NCBI GenBank assembly: GCA_038227875.1
Contig: JBBRPR010000043.1
Coordinates: 11,877-75,876 of the forward strand
Direction of reading: 5' to 3'
Length of the DNA: 64,000 nt
DNA from: Planctomycetota bacterium
GTDB taxonomy: Bacteria; Planctomycetota; SZUA-567; H5-PLA8
Shown: positions 18,375 through 27,024 of the stretch, piece after piece
How positions within the stretch are numbered: position 1 is the first letter of the stretch
Layout of the letters: each line of letters begins with the position of its first letter
The notes under the pieces: model-generated
What the model was told of the DNA's origin: nothing
Databases searched by the model: none
The model's input: the letters and a program-made list of their open reading frames with translations, nothing else
Translations under genes and position numbers: made by a program

Positions 18375-19199
18375 ATGGCAGCGCTGAATTTTTCGACCAA
18401 CATCCGTCTCGGCCTCTGGCTGGACGATTTGAAACTCGGCATCAAGGACGGCCTGAAACTGGTTGCGCCGATGCTGCCGGATGTGCTTGGCATCGATGCG
18501 TTCAGCGCGGAACTGTCGCCGCGCACGCTGAGCCAGACGGGACGGCGCGATCTCGCGAATCTGGTGCGGATGAAAGGGATGAAACTCTCCACACTGCGCG
18601 CCGATGTGGGCGGCCGGCGTCTGGCCGATCCGCAGACACTGGACGTCAACCTCGGACGCATCCGCGAAGCGCTGCAAATGTGCGCCGACGTAGGAGCAAA
18701 GGCGCTGGTCGTGCCCGCCGGATACGTGCCGCCAGCCGACGACAAAAACGGCACGACCGCGCGTTCGACGCTGACGGAAGCGGCGCGAACGCTGGCGGGA
18801 TTCGTCTCGAATACCGGCGTGCGCGTGTGCTGGTCGGGCGGCAATGAACCGCCGGAAGTCCTCGCGGAATTCTTGAAGCAGGTCGATTCCAGCGGCATCA
18901 TGGACATCGAATTCAGCCCCGGCGGACTGGTGATGCGTGGCATCGATCCGGTGAAAGCGCTGAACGTGCTCGGCTCGCGCATTTTCCTGGTGAAGGCCAT
19001 CGATCATTACCAGGGGGGCGCGGAAGCACCGTTTGGCAAGGGCGACGTTCCGTGGGGCGCGACGATGGTCGGCATTTCGACGCTCAATAAAAATGCGCCG
19101 ATCGATTTCCTGGCGGGTTGTTCGCTCGACGGCGATCGCGTGCAGATGCTTGCGACCGCATACGCCAGACTCGTGGCGCTGCGCAAAAATCCGATGTGA
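18375..19199 (+). CDS. Sugar phosphate isomerase/epimerase-like TIM barrel with degenerate metal site
   Basis: AP-endonuclease-2/xylose-isomerase-like layout, including the PFGKGDVPW motif. Confidence 0.7.
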   Translation: MAALNFSTNIRLGLWLDDLKLGIKDGLKLVAPMLPDVLGIDAFSAELSPRTLSQTGRRDLANLVRMKGMKLSTLRADVGGRRLADPQTLDVNLGRIREALQMCADVGAKALVVPAGYVPPADDKNGTTARSTLTEAARTLAGFVSNTGVRVCWSGGNEPPEVLAEFLKQVDSSGIMDIEFSPGGLVMRGIDPVKALNVLGSRIFLVKAIDHYQGGAEAPFGKGDVPWGATMVGISTLNKNAPIDFLAGCSLDGDRVQMLATAYARLVALRKNPM

Positions 19200-19210
19200 T
19201 GAGTTGCAGC

Positions 19211-20017
19211 TCACGCTCCGAAGATGACACGCTCGCCAACCTGCATCACCTTGACGTTCTGTTCCGGCGCGTTGATCGAGAGGCCTTTCGCGAACACCTG
19301 CGGATCTTCAGTATAGCCTTTGAACATGCCGTAATGCATCGGAATCGCCAACCGCGGCTGGTGGTTGCAGCAGAAGTACACAGCCTGCTGCCAGAATAAA
19401 TTATCCACACCGCTGATCGGCAGAAACGCGACGTCGAGCTTGAATTTGCTCAGCCGCGCGTCCCAGCCCGGATAGGGCTGCGTGTCGCCGGTATGGTAGA
19501 GCGTCACGCCGTTGCCCTGGATCACGTAGCCCAGAAAGCAGAATCCCAACTCGGGTTTGAAGTCCAGCCGCTGGTGCGCAGCCGGAATCGCGTGAATTTT
19601 TAACGTATCGAGACCCAACGCGTCGTCACCGCGCAGCGACTTCAGGCGCGCGGCGGGCACGCCCAGTTTCTCCGTAAACTCGCGATGCCACTCGGGAACC
19701 ACGATGGTCGCGTGCGACGACGCGGCGGCGGCGCCAGGGAGTGTCTTCGGGTCGATGTGATCGTAATGATGATGCGTGCAGCAGATCAGATCCGCATCGG
19801 TGAATTCCGCCGGCGTCAGCGGCGTCTCCTGCATTGTCGGCGGGTCATCGGTCTCCGCGCGGTAAAATGGGTCGAGGTAGATGATCGACACGCCCAGCTT
19901 CACGCAGAACGTCGCCTGACCCAGCCACCAGATCGCGGCCTGGCCGTGTTTCACCTCTGTCGCGCGAATTTCCTGCTGCAGCGCGGAGCCTTTTAAAATC
20001 GCGGGCGTGCGGGGCAT
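19211..20017 (-). CDS. MBL-fold metallo-hydrolase (UlaG-like)
   Basis: WWLGQA, THHHYDHID, LYHTGDT, AIPMHYG; ATG at 20017. Confidence 0.88.
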   Translation of the reverse strand: MPRTPAILKGSALQQEIRATEVKHGQAAIWWLGQATFCVKLGVSIIYLDPFYRAETDDPPTMQETPLTPAEFTDADLICCTHHHYDHIDPKTLPGAAAASSHATIVVPEWHREFTEKLGVPAARLKSLRGDDALGLDTLKIHAIPAAHQRLDFKPELGFCFLGYVIQGNGVTLYHTGDTQPYPGWDARLSKFKLDVAFLPISGVDNLFWQQAVYFCCNHQPRLAIPMHYGMFKGYTEDPQVFAKGLSINAPEQNVKVMQVGERVIFGA

Positions 20018-20051
20018 CGGGGAGTTCTCCTGTTGGCCCAATAGCTTAATA

Positions 20052-20180
20052 TCTCACGCAAAGCCGCCAAGACGCAAAGACCGGCTACAGCAAATAGACA
20101 GGATTTTGGATCGCGCACAATTGCTAAATCCATGCCCAAATCCGTTGCTGTTCTTAGCGTCTTTGCGTCTTTGCGTGAGA
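20052..20180. repeat. REP-like inverted repeat built from CGCAAAGA units
   Basis: TCTCACGCAAAGCCGCCAAGACGCAAAGA (20052-20080) pairs with TCTTAGCGTCTTTGCGTCTTTGCGTGAGA (20152-20180). Confidence 0.8.
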
Positions 20181-20206
20181 TTGAAAACTACTTTCGCGCG
20201 GGAAAC

Positions 20207-21787
20207 TCAGTTCACTTCCACAATCGCATACGTCTGCACGCCCTTCAGCGTGAACTTCGCGTTTGCGGTGCCGGTTTCGATGATGGTGAGTTGCGGAGTC
20301 GGCTCATCGGGGGAGTGGGCGGCGAGCGTACGGCCACCGCAGCCGGGGAGCGCGACGGTGGCGTCGACGGGCTTCGAGGTGTAGTTGATGACGTGGACCC
20401 AGCGCTTCGTACCTTTGCCCCAGAGCAGCGCGATAAGATTCCCGACGGATTCCACTTCAATGGGCGGCTCGCCCGCGAAGCGCCGGATGTCTTCCAGCCA
20501 GGCTTTCGCACTCTCCGCAGTCAGCGGCATGCCGTGGTGGAGAATGCGGCCTTTGCCCTTTTCTTCCTCCGAACGCGGGGCGTCCGCGCTCGTCGCTTGC
20601 AGTGAGGTGCCGCCGAATTGCGAAGCGAAGGTGCTCAGCGCCTCCGAGGTGGCCGGGGTCGCAGCGCGCAGATGCGTGCCGATCAGCACGCGGTATTTCT
20701 TGAGATCGAAGCTGCCCAACTGGCCGGCGGGAATCACATCGAACTGGATGCCGTGCCGGAGCAACTGCGCGAGCGCGGAGTCGGAGCGGAGGCTGGCGAG
20801 CGACGCGGCATCGTCATCAACCAGGAGTGCAACGGAATTGACCGGATCGGCGCCACTAAGAAGGTCGGCGTGTTCGGCGAAGAAATTCTGATACGCCGCC
20901 GGCATTCGCAGGCCGTGGCAACTGCCGCCCATGGCCAGAATTTCGGCTGTGGCCACGCGCGCTTCCTTTTCCGTCAGGCCTTCGGCAAGGCCGCAGACGA
21001 AACCGAGGTCACGTCCGCCAAGCTCGAAGAGCGCTTTGAGTGCGATCAGGTTGGCGCCGGGATGTTCAGAATCGAGCACGGGTTTGTCGAGCGCTTCGAC
21101 GCGCTTGAGATTGGTAGAAGCGGCCAGCGCCGGAAGGGACGCGGCGCAGAAGAAGAGCATCTCGCCGGATTCCGGCGGACGCGCGGTTGTGGCGATTTCG
21201 CGCAGCCACGTCAGGAAACTGGCGGCCTCGGCCTCGGTGGCGTGAACGTCGCTGAAATAAAATCCATCAAATCCTGCGCCGGCGGCCATGCGGACTTTGT
21301 GCGACAGGTATTGCCGCCAGCCGTCGTGATGCGCGTTCATCTGCAGACAATTTTCGTTGCGGTGCGAGACGGGTTTGCCGTCGGTTTGCCGTTCCAGCCA
21401 GCTCTTGGCCTCCGCCACGCGCGGCAGGAACTCTGCCGCAAAGCAGCCGGTCAGCGAAAGATCGGCGATGGCGCGGATCTTCTTTTTCTTGAGCAGCGGC
21501 AGGAGCAGCGAGACCAGTTCCCACTGCGGAACGTCGCCTTCGAGCGAGAATCCCGGCGACCAAGTCAGCACAACGGCGTTGATCTTCTTCTCCGTCAACT
21601 CCGCGACCAGATCCGCGCTGTACCGGCCCGCGCAGAGCAATCCCGCCGGCGTCTTGTCCCACAACCCGGAATAGATCAGCCGTGCGGCCTCGGCCGGCCC
21701 TCCAGGCACATGAGCCAGCCGCAATTTTCCGCGCACGGCCCAACCTGGAGTTTTCGCCGCGCCTTTTGCTCGATTTGTTGCTGCCAT
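20207..21787 (-). CDS. Glycoside-hydrolase-like TIM barrel plus class I GATase-like (beta-gal trimerisation) domain protein
   Basis: AGAGFDGFYFSD, VALLVD...LLRHGIQFDVI...LKKYRVLI, C-terminal VHVINY beta-sandwich. Confidence 0.6.
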   Translation of the reverse strand: MAATNRAKGAAKTPGWAVRGKLRLAHVPGGPAEAARLIYSGLWDKTPAGLLCAGRYSADLVAELTEKKINAVVLTWSPGFSLEGDVPQWELVSLLLPLLKKKKIRAIADLSLTGCFAAEFLPRVAEAKSWLERQTDGKPVSHRNENCLQMNAHHDGWRQYLSHKVRMAAGAGFDGFYFSDVHATEAEAASFLTWLREIATTARPPESGEMLFFCAASLPALAASTNLKRVEALDKPVLDSEHPGANLIALKALFELGGRDLGFVCGLAEGLTEKEARVATAEILAMGGSCHGLRMPAAYQNFFAEHADLLSGADPVNSVALLVDDDAASLASLRSDSALAQLLRHGIQFDVIPAGQLGSFDLKKYRVLIGTHLRAATPATSEALSTFASQFGGTSLQATSADAPRSEEEKGKGRILHHGMPLTAESAKAWLEDIRRFAGEPPIEVESVGNLIALLWGKGTKRWVHVINYTSKPVDATVALPGCGGRTLAAHSPDEPTPQLTIIETGTANAKFTLKGVQTYAIVEVN

Positions 21788-21968
21788 CCGTCGCTTTAAC
21801 TCCCTGATTTAGAGTGGACTCGGTATCGGCAGAATTGGGTCCGGAGTTCATCAATTGCGCGGGCCTCAAAAATCGAACTTCGAGCGAATTGGGAAATGTG
21901 ATTTTTGACACAATTGGTATGCTTGATACGGTTAAATCGTAACACTCTGAAAAGGATGACATCGACCG

Positions 21969-22772
21969 ATGAAAGTCGCAATCAATTCATGTACGTGGGG
22001 TGCGTATGCGGGCTTCACGAAAGTGCCACTGACGGCGGAGCACTTTTTTGCCGAAGCTGCGGCGGCCGGGTATGCGGGCGTTGAGGTTGGCGGCGGCAGG
22101 AATTTTCTGGGTTCGCCACCCGATTGCATGAAACTCGCCAGGCGTTATGGGCTGGAACTCGCTGCTTATGGCACAAGCGTGACGTACAACCCATGGAAAC
22201 CGAACACCGACGCCTATCGCGCGGACATTGAGTACGCGGCGGACCTGGGCGTAAAAATGCTGATGGTCTGCGGCGGGTTCATGCCTGTCCAGCGGCGCAA
22301 CACGTATGATTTCGACTACGACATGTTCGCCGGCAATCTCAGCGCGCTGATCCGCTACGCGGCGAAGTATAAAATCGTCGCGGCGTTTCATCCGCATCGC
22401 GGCTGCATTGTCGAGACGGTCGAAGAGGCCGCAAAAATGGTGAAGCGCTTGAAGGCATTGAAATTCTGCGTCGACACCGCGCATCTGGAAGGCGCCGGCT
22501 CTAACGCACTGAAATTCATCAACACCTACGGAAAGCGCTGCGTCTATGCGCACGTCAAGGATTTCCGCTGGGACACCGGCGCGTTCACCGAACTGGGTAA
22601 GGGAAAGAGCAAACTGAATGTAGCTGACTGCGTCGCGGCGCTGCGCAAGAAAGGCGCGGTGGAGTGGCTCTGCGTCGAACTGGATAAAAAATTCGAAGGC
22701 GATAAGCCGCGCACGCCGCTGGAGAGCGCGAAGATCAGCCGCCGGTATTTGAAATCGAAGTGCGGGCTGTAA
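21969..22772 (+). CDS. Sugar phosphate isomerase/epimerase (IolE-like)
   Basis: AGYAGVE, FHPH, CVDTAH, YAHVKD, FTELGKG, WLCVELD. Confidence 0.85.
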   Translation: MKVAINSCTWGAYAGFTKVPLTAEHFFAEAAAAGYAGVEVGGGRNFLGSPPDCMKLARRYGLELAAYGTSVTYNPWKPNTDAYRADIEYAADLGVKMLMVCGGFMPVQRRNTYDFDYDMFAGNLSALIRYAAKYKIVAAFHPHRGCIVETVEEAAKMVKRLKALKFCVDTAHLEGAGSNALKFINTYGKRCVYAHVKDFRWDTGAFTELGKGKSKLNVADCVAALRKKGAVEWLCVELDKKFEGDKPRTPLESAKISRRYLKSKCGL

Positions 22773-22773
22773 T

Positions 22774-22806
22774 AAAAAGCGCCCCGCATTCGCGGGGCGC
22801 CTTTTT
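22774..22806. terminator. Bidirectional terminator
   Basis: AAAAAGCGCCCCGC-attc-GCGGGGCGCCTTTTT between convergent genes. Confidence 0.88.
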
Positions 22807-22827
22807 CAAATTCACACTCCAGACTGC

Positions 22828-23703
22828 TTACGCGCTGCGCAGGAAATTCAGCCCGTGGGTCAGTCCGGCCTTCTCGCCGTCTTCGTTGGTGTTGAAGTTT
22901 TCGTCTTCCAGTTCGATGCTGACGACGCCCTTATAGTTGTGCGCCGCGAGAATCTTGAACACTTCCGTCCAGCGCGTGCAGCCGTGGCCGGGGATCGTGT
23001 AGCGCCAGGCGTGCTCGCCGAAACCGTGGCCCTTGGTGAACGCCGAGCCCTGGTACAGCCCGTATTCGTACACGTTTTCGGAGAGGACTTCCGTGTCCTT
23101 GCCGTGGACGTGCCAGACGCGCGCCGCGAATTCATTGAGGAAGCGGATGTGATCGATGCCCATGCGGATCAAGTGCGACGGATCGTAGTTGACGCCAATC
23201 GACTTGGTGCCCGATTCCTTGATCAGCGCGCGGTAGGTTTCCGGATTGCAGCCGGGATTCGGCAGATTGCCGCCGCCAGGCCAGCCTTCGATGGCGATGA
23301 ACGCACCGAGTTCGTCGGCGGCTTTGCCAGCGGTGGTGCAGTAATCCAGCGCGTAGTCGAAGTTTTCCTTGCGGCCCTTGCTGCCGTCGGCGCAGAGGCA
23401 GGCGAAGAACACTTTCGCGCCGGCCGCCGAAGCTTCCTTCATGTAGGCGACGTTCTTGGCGATCGCTTCCTTGCGCTTGCCGGAATCCGGCGAGACGATG
23501 CCGCCGAAGTCGACGACGTCGGCCGAGCCGAGCTGCAAGCCGGCGGACTTCAGCGTCTTGACGTCTTCGCTTGTCGCCGCGCCCAGGTCGACGTGATCGA
23601 AGCCGGCCGACTTCGCCCACGTCGACAGGTTCTTCAGGTTCTTCTGCCACTCACTCCAGCCACGCCGGAAACCGATCGGGAAATTGCCCGTCCGAGTGCC
23701 CAT
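22828..23703 (-). CDS. Sugar phosphate isomerase/epimerase
   Basis: IAIEGWP, NYDPSHL, HVHGKD, YTIPGHG, SIELED; GAGAGGA RBS before ATG 23703. Confidence 0.88.
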   Translation of the reverse strand: MGTRTGNFPIGFRRGWSEWQKNLKNLSTWAKSAGFDHVDLGAATSEDVKTLKSAGLQLGSADVVDFGGIVSPDSGKRKEAIAKNVAYMKEASAAGAKVFFACLCADGSKGRKENFDYALDYCTTAGKAADELGAFIAIEGWPGGGNLPNPGCNPETYRALIKESGTKSIGVNYDPSHLIRMGIDHIRFLNEFAARVWHVHGKDTEVLSENVYEYGLYQGSAFTKGHGFGEHAWRYTIPGHGCTRWTEVFKILAAHNYKGVVSIELEDENFNTNEDGEKAGLTHGLNFLRSA

Positions 23704-23867
23704 GCTGCACAGTCCTCTCAAAAAAGTATGTCAGTTGGTTTGCAGGCTCCCGACGACGACGCCGGAAGCCCAATAGTGTAAAACACTAGTCGCCAAACCG
23801 GGCATGGCAATAGCAAGCCGGGAATACGAGCGCCCGATGGCAGGACTGAGCTTGACAAGGGGTGTTT

Positions 23868-24362
23868 ATGGGCGAATGGACTTCGAAATTGGGCATCCAG
23901 CAGTGGCTGTTTTTCACGCTGCTTTCAGCGGTCTTTGCCGCGGCCACAAATATTCTGGGAAAGATTGGCGTCGAGAAGATCAATTCCAACATGGCGACGT
24001 GGATCCGCGTGATCGTGATCTTCTTCGTCACCAGCGGCATCATCGCGCTGCGAAATGAATGGGTGCCGCCCGCGACGATTCCCAACCGCACGCTGCTGTT
24101 CCTGGTGCTCTCTGGAATCGCGACGGGGCTCTCGTGGCTCTGTTACTACCGCGCCCTGCAACTCGGCCAGGCGTCGTTGATCGGCCCGGTCGACAAGCTC
24201 AGCGTAATCCTGGTAATGATCATGGGCGTGCTATTTCTGGGCGAATCGTTGAGCGTCAAGCAATGGATCGGCGGCGCGCTGATTCTCGCGGGGGTCTTGT
24301 GCGTGGCGTGGCCGGAAACGAAGCCAGACGTTCCCGCGGCGGCCATTCAGCAGGCGAAGTAA
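23868..24362 (+). CDS. EamA/DMT family transporter (single-repeat type)
   Basis: LLSAVFAA...LGKIG..INSN.ATWIR; SGIATGLSWLCYYRAL; PVDKLSV. Confidence 0.88.
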   Translation: MGEWTSKLGIQQWLFFTLLSAVFAAATNILGKIGVEKINSNMATWIRVIVIFFVTSGIIALRNEWVPPATIPNRTLLFLVLSGIATGLSWLCYYRALQLGQASLIGPVDKLSVILVMIMGVLFLGESLSVKQWIGGALILAGVLCVAWPETKPDVPAAAIQQAK

Positions 24363-24463
24363 GTCAGCAGGCGAAGTAAATTTTTGCGGTTTGACATCCG
24401 CGAACCGGATGAAAAGATGAGCGCGTTCACACATTCGTCAACCCGGGATTGCGAGGAACCTTC

Positions 24464-25060
24464 ATGCTACAGAAACGATCGATCATGACCGTGTTGGCGG
24501 CATTGGCGGCTGTCTGCGTAACGCAGAGCGCGTTCGCGCATCCCGGTCATCACGTTTACGGACTTTCCAGCGGCCTGTCGCATCCGCTCGGCGGCGCCGA
24601 CCATTTATTGGCGATGATCGCCGTCGGCGTGTGGGCCGCGCAGTTGGGTGGACGGGCGCTGTGGATGCTGCCGTGCGCGTTTGTCGCGACGATGGCCGGC
24701 GGTGCTGCGCTCGGCATGAACGGCCTGCACCTTCCGATGCTCGAAAGCGGCGTCGCCGCGTCGGTGCTGGTCCTGGGATTGGTGATCGCGACGGCGACCA
24801 AGGCGCCGCTCTACGCCAGCCTGCCGCTCGTCGCGCTGTTTGCTCTTTTCCACGGCGTGGCGCACGGCACTGAACTTCCGGTCGATGCCTCCGCATTGAG
24901 CTACGGCGTCGGCTTCATCGCCGCGACGCTCGCGCTGCACGGCATGGGCTTGGCGCTGGGCACGCTGACCAAGCGCTTGTCGGCTTCGCAGACGCTCTTC
25001 CGCACCGCCGGTGCCGCGATTTCGTTCTGCGGACTGATGCTCCTGGCCGGCGCGATCTGA
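24464..25060 (+). CDS. HupE/UreJ family nickel/cobalt transporter
   Basis: Signal peptide then AHPGHH, HPLGGADHLLAMIAVG, FHGVAHG.E. Confidence 0.92.
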   Translation: MLQKRSIMTVLAALAAVCVTQSAFAHPGHHVYGLSSGLSHPLGGADHLLAMIAVGVWAAQLGGRALWMLPCAFVATMAGGAALGMNGLHLPMLESGVAASVLVLGLVIATATKAPLYASLPLVALFALFHGVAHGTELPVDASALSYGVGFIAATLALHGMGLALGTLTKRLSASQTLFRTAGAAISFCGLMLLAGAI

Positions 25061-25086
25061 CGGCACGCACGCTCTCTTGAAAACCG

Positions 25087-25120
25087 AAAGCGCCACCGGC
25101 AGAACCGGTGGCGCTTTTTT
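25087..25120 (+). terminator. Rho-independent terminator
   Basis: AAAGCGCCACCGG-cagaa-CCGGTGGCGCTTTTTT. Confidence 0.9.
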
Positions 25121-25152
25121 AATCGAGGTCTTCGATTTTCATCGCTATCACC

Positions 25153-25767
25153 ATGCTCAGTATGTCCAGCGTCTCCGAATGGCTGCATCACATTCCCGGG
25201 CTGGAGCGCCTGCGGCAATTGCCGTGGGGGCGTATCGGTTCGCTGTACATCGGTGAAAAACTGGCGCTGGGCGTGCTCACGTTTGTGACGGTCACGGAAG
25301 TCGTCGTCGCCGCCAATCGCTTCATGGCAATGGAATTTGCTTTCCCCGTCGCACGAAAAACCGTGCGCTCACCGAAGCGCAAAAAAGGCTTTGGCCTTAA
25401 ACACCTCGCGCTGGCGCTGTTGGCCTTGCTGCCCGGCGGACTGGTCGGCACGTTCAGCGTGATCCTGGTGATGGGCAAGGAACACTGGCGCCGCGACGCG
25501 TTCTGGATCGTCGGCATCTCGCTGCCGTTCGCGTTGATGCTCTTCCTGTTGCGCGCGTCCTTTTTTCCGTGGCCGCACTGGGCCGACGCGCTCTACATCA
25601 GCGGCACGATCGGCCTGATCTTCGGCATCCTGCACGCGTGGGCGATGATTAAACTTCTGCGCGAATGGTGGGGCGAGCCCGACGAATGCGTGGCGTGGTG
25701 GCCGCCGTTGGCGCTGTGGTGCCAGGCGCTGATGCTCGCGGCGGTGCTCTACCGGATTTTTGCGTAA
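25153..25767 (+). CDS. Hypothetical membrane protein
   Basis: 204-aa ORF with about 5 hydrophobic segments; start uncertain. Confidence 0.6.
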   Translation: MLSMSSVSEWLHHIPGLERLRQLPWGRIGSLYIGEKLALGVLTFVTVTEVVVAANRFMAMEFAFPVARKTVRSPKRKKGFGLKHLALALLALLPGGLVGTFSVILVMGKEHWRRDAFWIVGISLPFALMLFLLRASFFPWPHWADALYISGTIGLIFGILHAWAMIKLLREWWGEPDECVAWWPPLALWCQALMLAAVLYRIFA

Positions 25768-25768
25768 G

Positions 25769-26527
25769 TTATTTCGGAGAAACTCTGGAGACGATACGCA
25801 GTGCGCTCATCGCCGCACCGAAGCCGTTGTCGATGTTCACGACGCTCACGCCGGACGCGCAGGAATTGAGCATGCCCAGCAGTGCCGCGACGCCATTGAA
25901 GCTCGCGCCGTAACCGATGCTCGTCGGCACCGCAATCACCGGACACGAGACGAGTCCGCCGACTACGCTGGGCATCGCGCCTTCCATGCCTGCGATGGCG
26001 ATCACCGCCGTCGCGCTGCGCAGATCGGGCATCACGTCCAGCAGGCGGTGCAGACCGGCCACGCCGACGTCGTAGATCTTTTTCGCCGGACATCCGAACG
26101 CGCGCAGCGTATCGAGCGCTTCTTCGGCGACGGGAATGTCGCTGGTACCCGCGGCGACGACGGCGATCACCGCGTTGGTCTTCAGCGGCACGGGCTTGCC
26201 GGCCAGCAATGTGCGGCCGCGTGGGTTGTATTCGGCCTTGCGAAATTTCTTTTTGATCGCCGCGGCCTGTTCGGGCGTCACGCGCGTCACCAGCACGCAG
26301 GGCGTGCGCTTCAAACTGTGTTGCAGGATGTGGATGATGTCGCCGGCCGTCTTGCCGCCGCCGAAAATCACCTCGGCAAATCCGCAGCGCAGTTCGCGGT
26401 GGTGATCGACGCGGGCGATGCCGAGATTCGAAAACGGCAGCTGCGCCAGCGCTTCGAGGGCTTCGGTCGGCGAGCACGTGTTGTCTTTCACGCGCTCTAA
26501 AAGGGAGAGAAGTTTTTTGCGTTCCAT
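25769..26527 (-). CDS. larB: Nickel-pincer cofactor biosynthesis protein LarB (AIR carboxylase-like)
   Basis: ARVDHHRELRCGFAEVIFG, AGTSDIPVAEEA, DVGVAGLHR, AGMEGA, PTSIGYG, MLNSC, VVNIDNGFGA. Confidence 0.93.
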   Translation of the reverse strand: MERKKLLSLLERVKDNTCSPTEALEALAQLPFSNLGIARVDHHRELRCGFAEVIFGGGKTAGDIIHILQHSLKRTPCVLVTRVTPEQAAAIKKKFRKAEYNPRGRTLLAGKPVPLKTNAVIAVVAAGTSDIPVAEEALDTLRAFGCPAKKIYDVGVAGLHRLLDVMPDLRSATAVIAIAGMEGAMPSVVGGLVSCPVIAVPTSIGYGASFNGVAALLGMLNSCASGVSVVNIDNGFGAAMSALRIVSRVSPK

Positions 26528-26532
26528 GGTTG

Positions 26533-26985
26533 CTACTTGATCGACTTGTTGTCGCTCTCGTCCTTGTTCGCCTTGGAGTAGCCCTTCTCCTGGCGCTCCT
26601 GGTTGATGCGGTGTTTGGCAGTGTAGAGGCGGTGGAGCTCATCGGCCGTCAGCCCCGCGGTCAGCGCGAGACTGGTTAGGAAGTGCATCAAGTCGACGAT
26701 CTCAACGCGGATGTTCTGGATGTCGATCTGATCTTTGCTCCACCATTTCCAGAGCAGATCCTGCTCGAGTTCCGCCGCTTCGCCCTGGAGCGCGCGCAGG
26801 TAATTGCGCAGCCACAGATTGGGCAGGCCGTTGGGACCCAGTTCTCCGCGCTCCAGCGCCGCCTGCATCGCGGCGACGGTGAGCAGCTTGCCGTCGGGAC
26901 CGTTCATGTTCTGTTTCTTGAAGATGCCGTCGTTCAATTCGGCCTGCAGCGCAAAGATATCGTGGAGCTTGTCGGTTTCAGGCAT
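26533..26985 (-). CDS. Dimeric (all-alpha) dUTPase family NTP pyrophosphohydrolase
   Basis: GEAAEL, WKWWSK, EIVDLMHF, YTAKHRINQERQEKGY. Confidence 0.85.
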   Translation of the reverse strand: MPETDKLHDIFALQAELNDGIFKKQNMNGPDGKLLTVAAMQAALERGELGPNGLPNLWLRNYLRALQGEAAELEQDLLWKWWSKDQIDIQNIRVEIVDLMHFLTSLALTAGLTADELHRLYTAKHRINQERQEKGYSKANKDESDNKSIK

Positions 26986-27024
26986 GGACGGTTCCTTTTT
27001 CAGATGTTCGCGGGAAAGCGGAGT

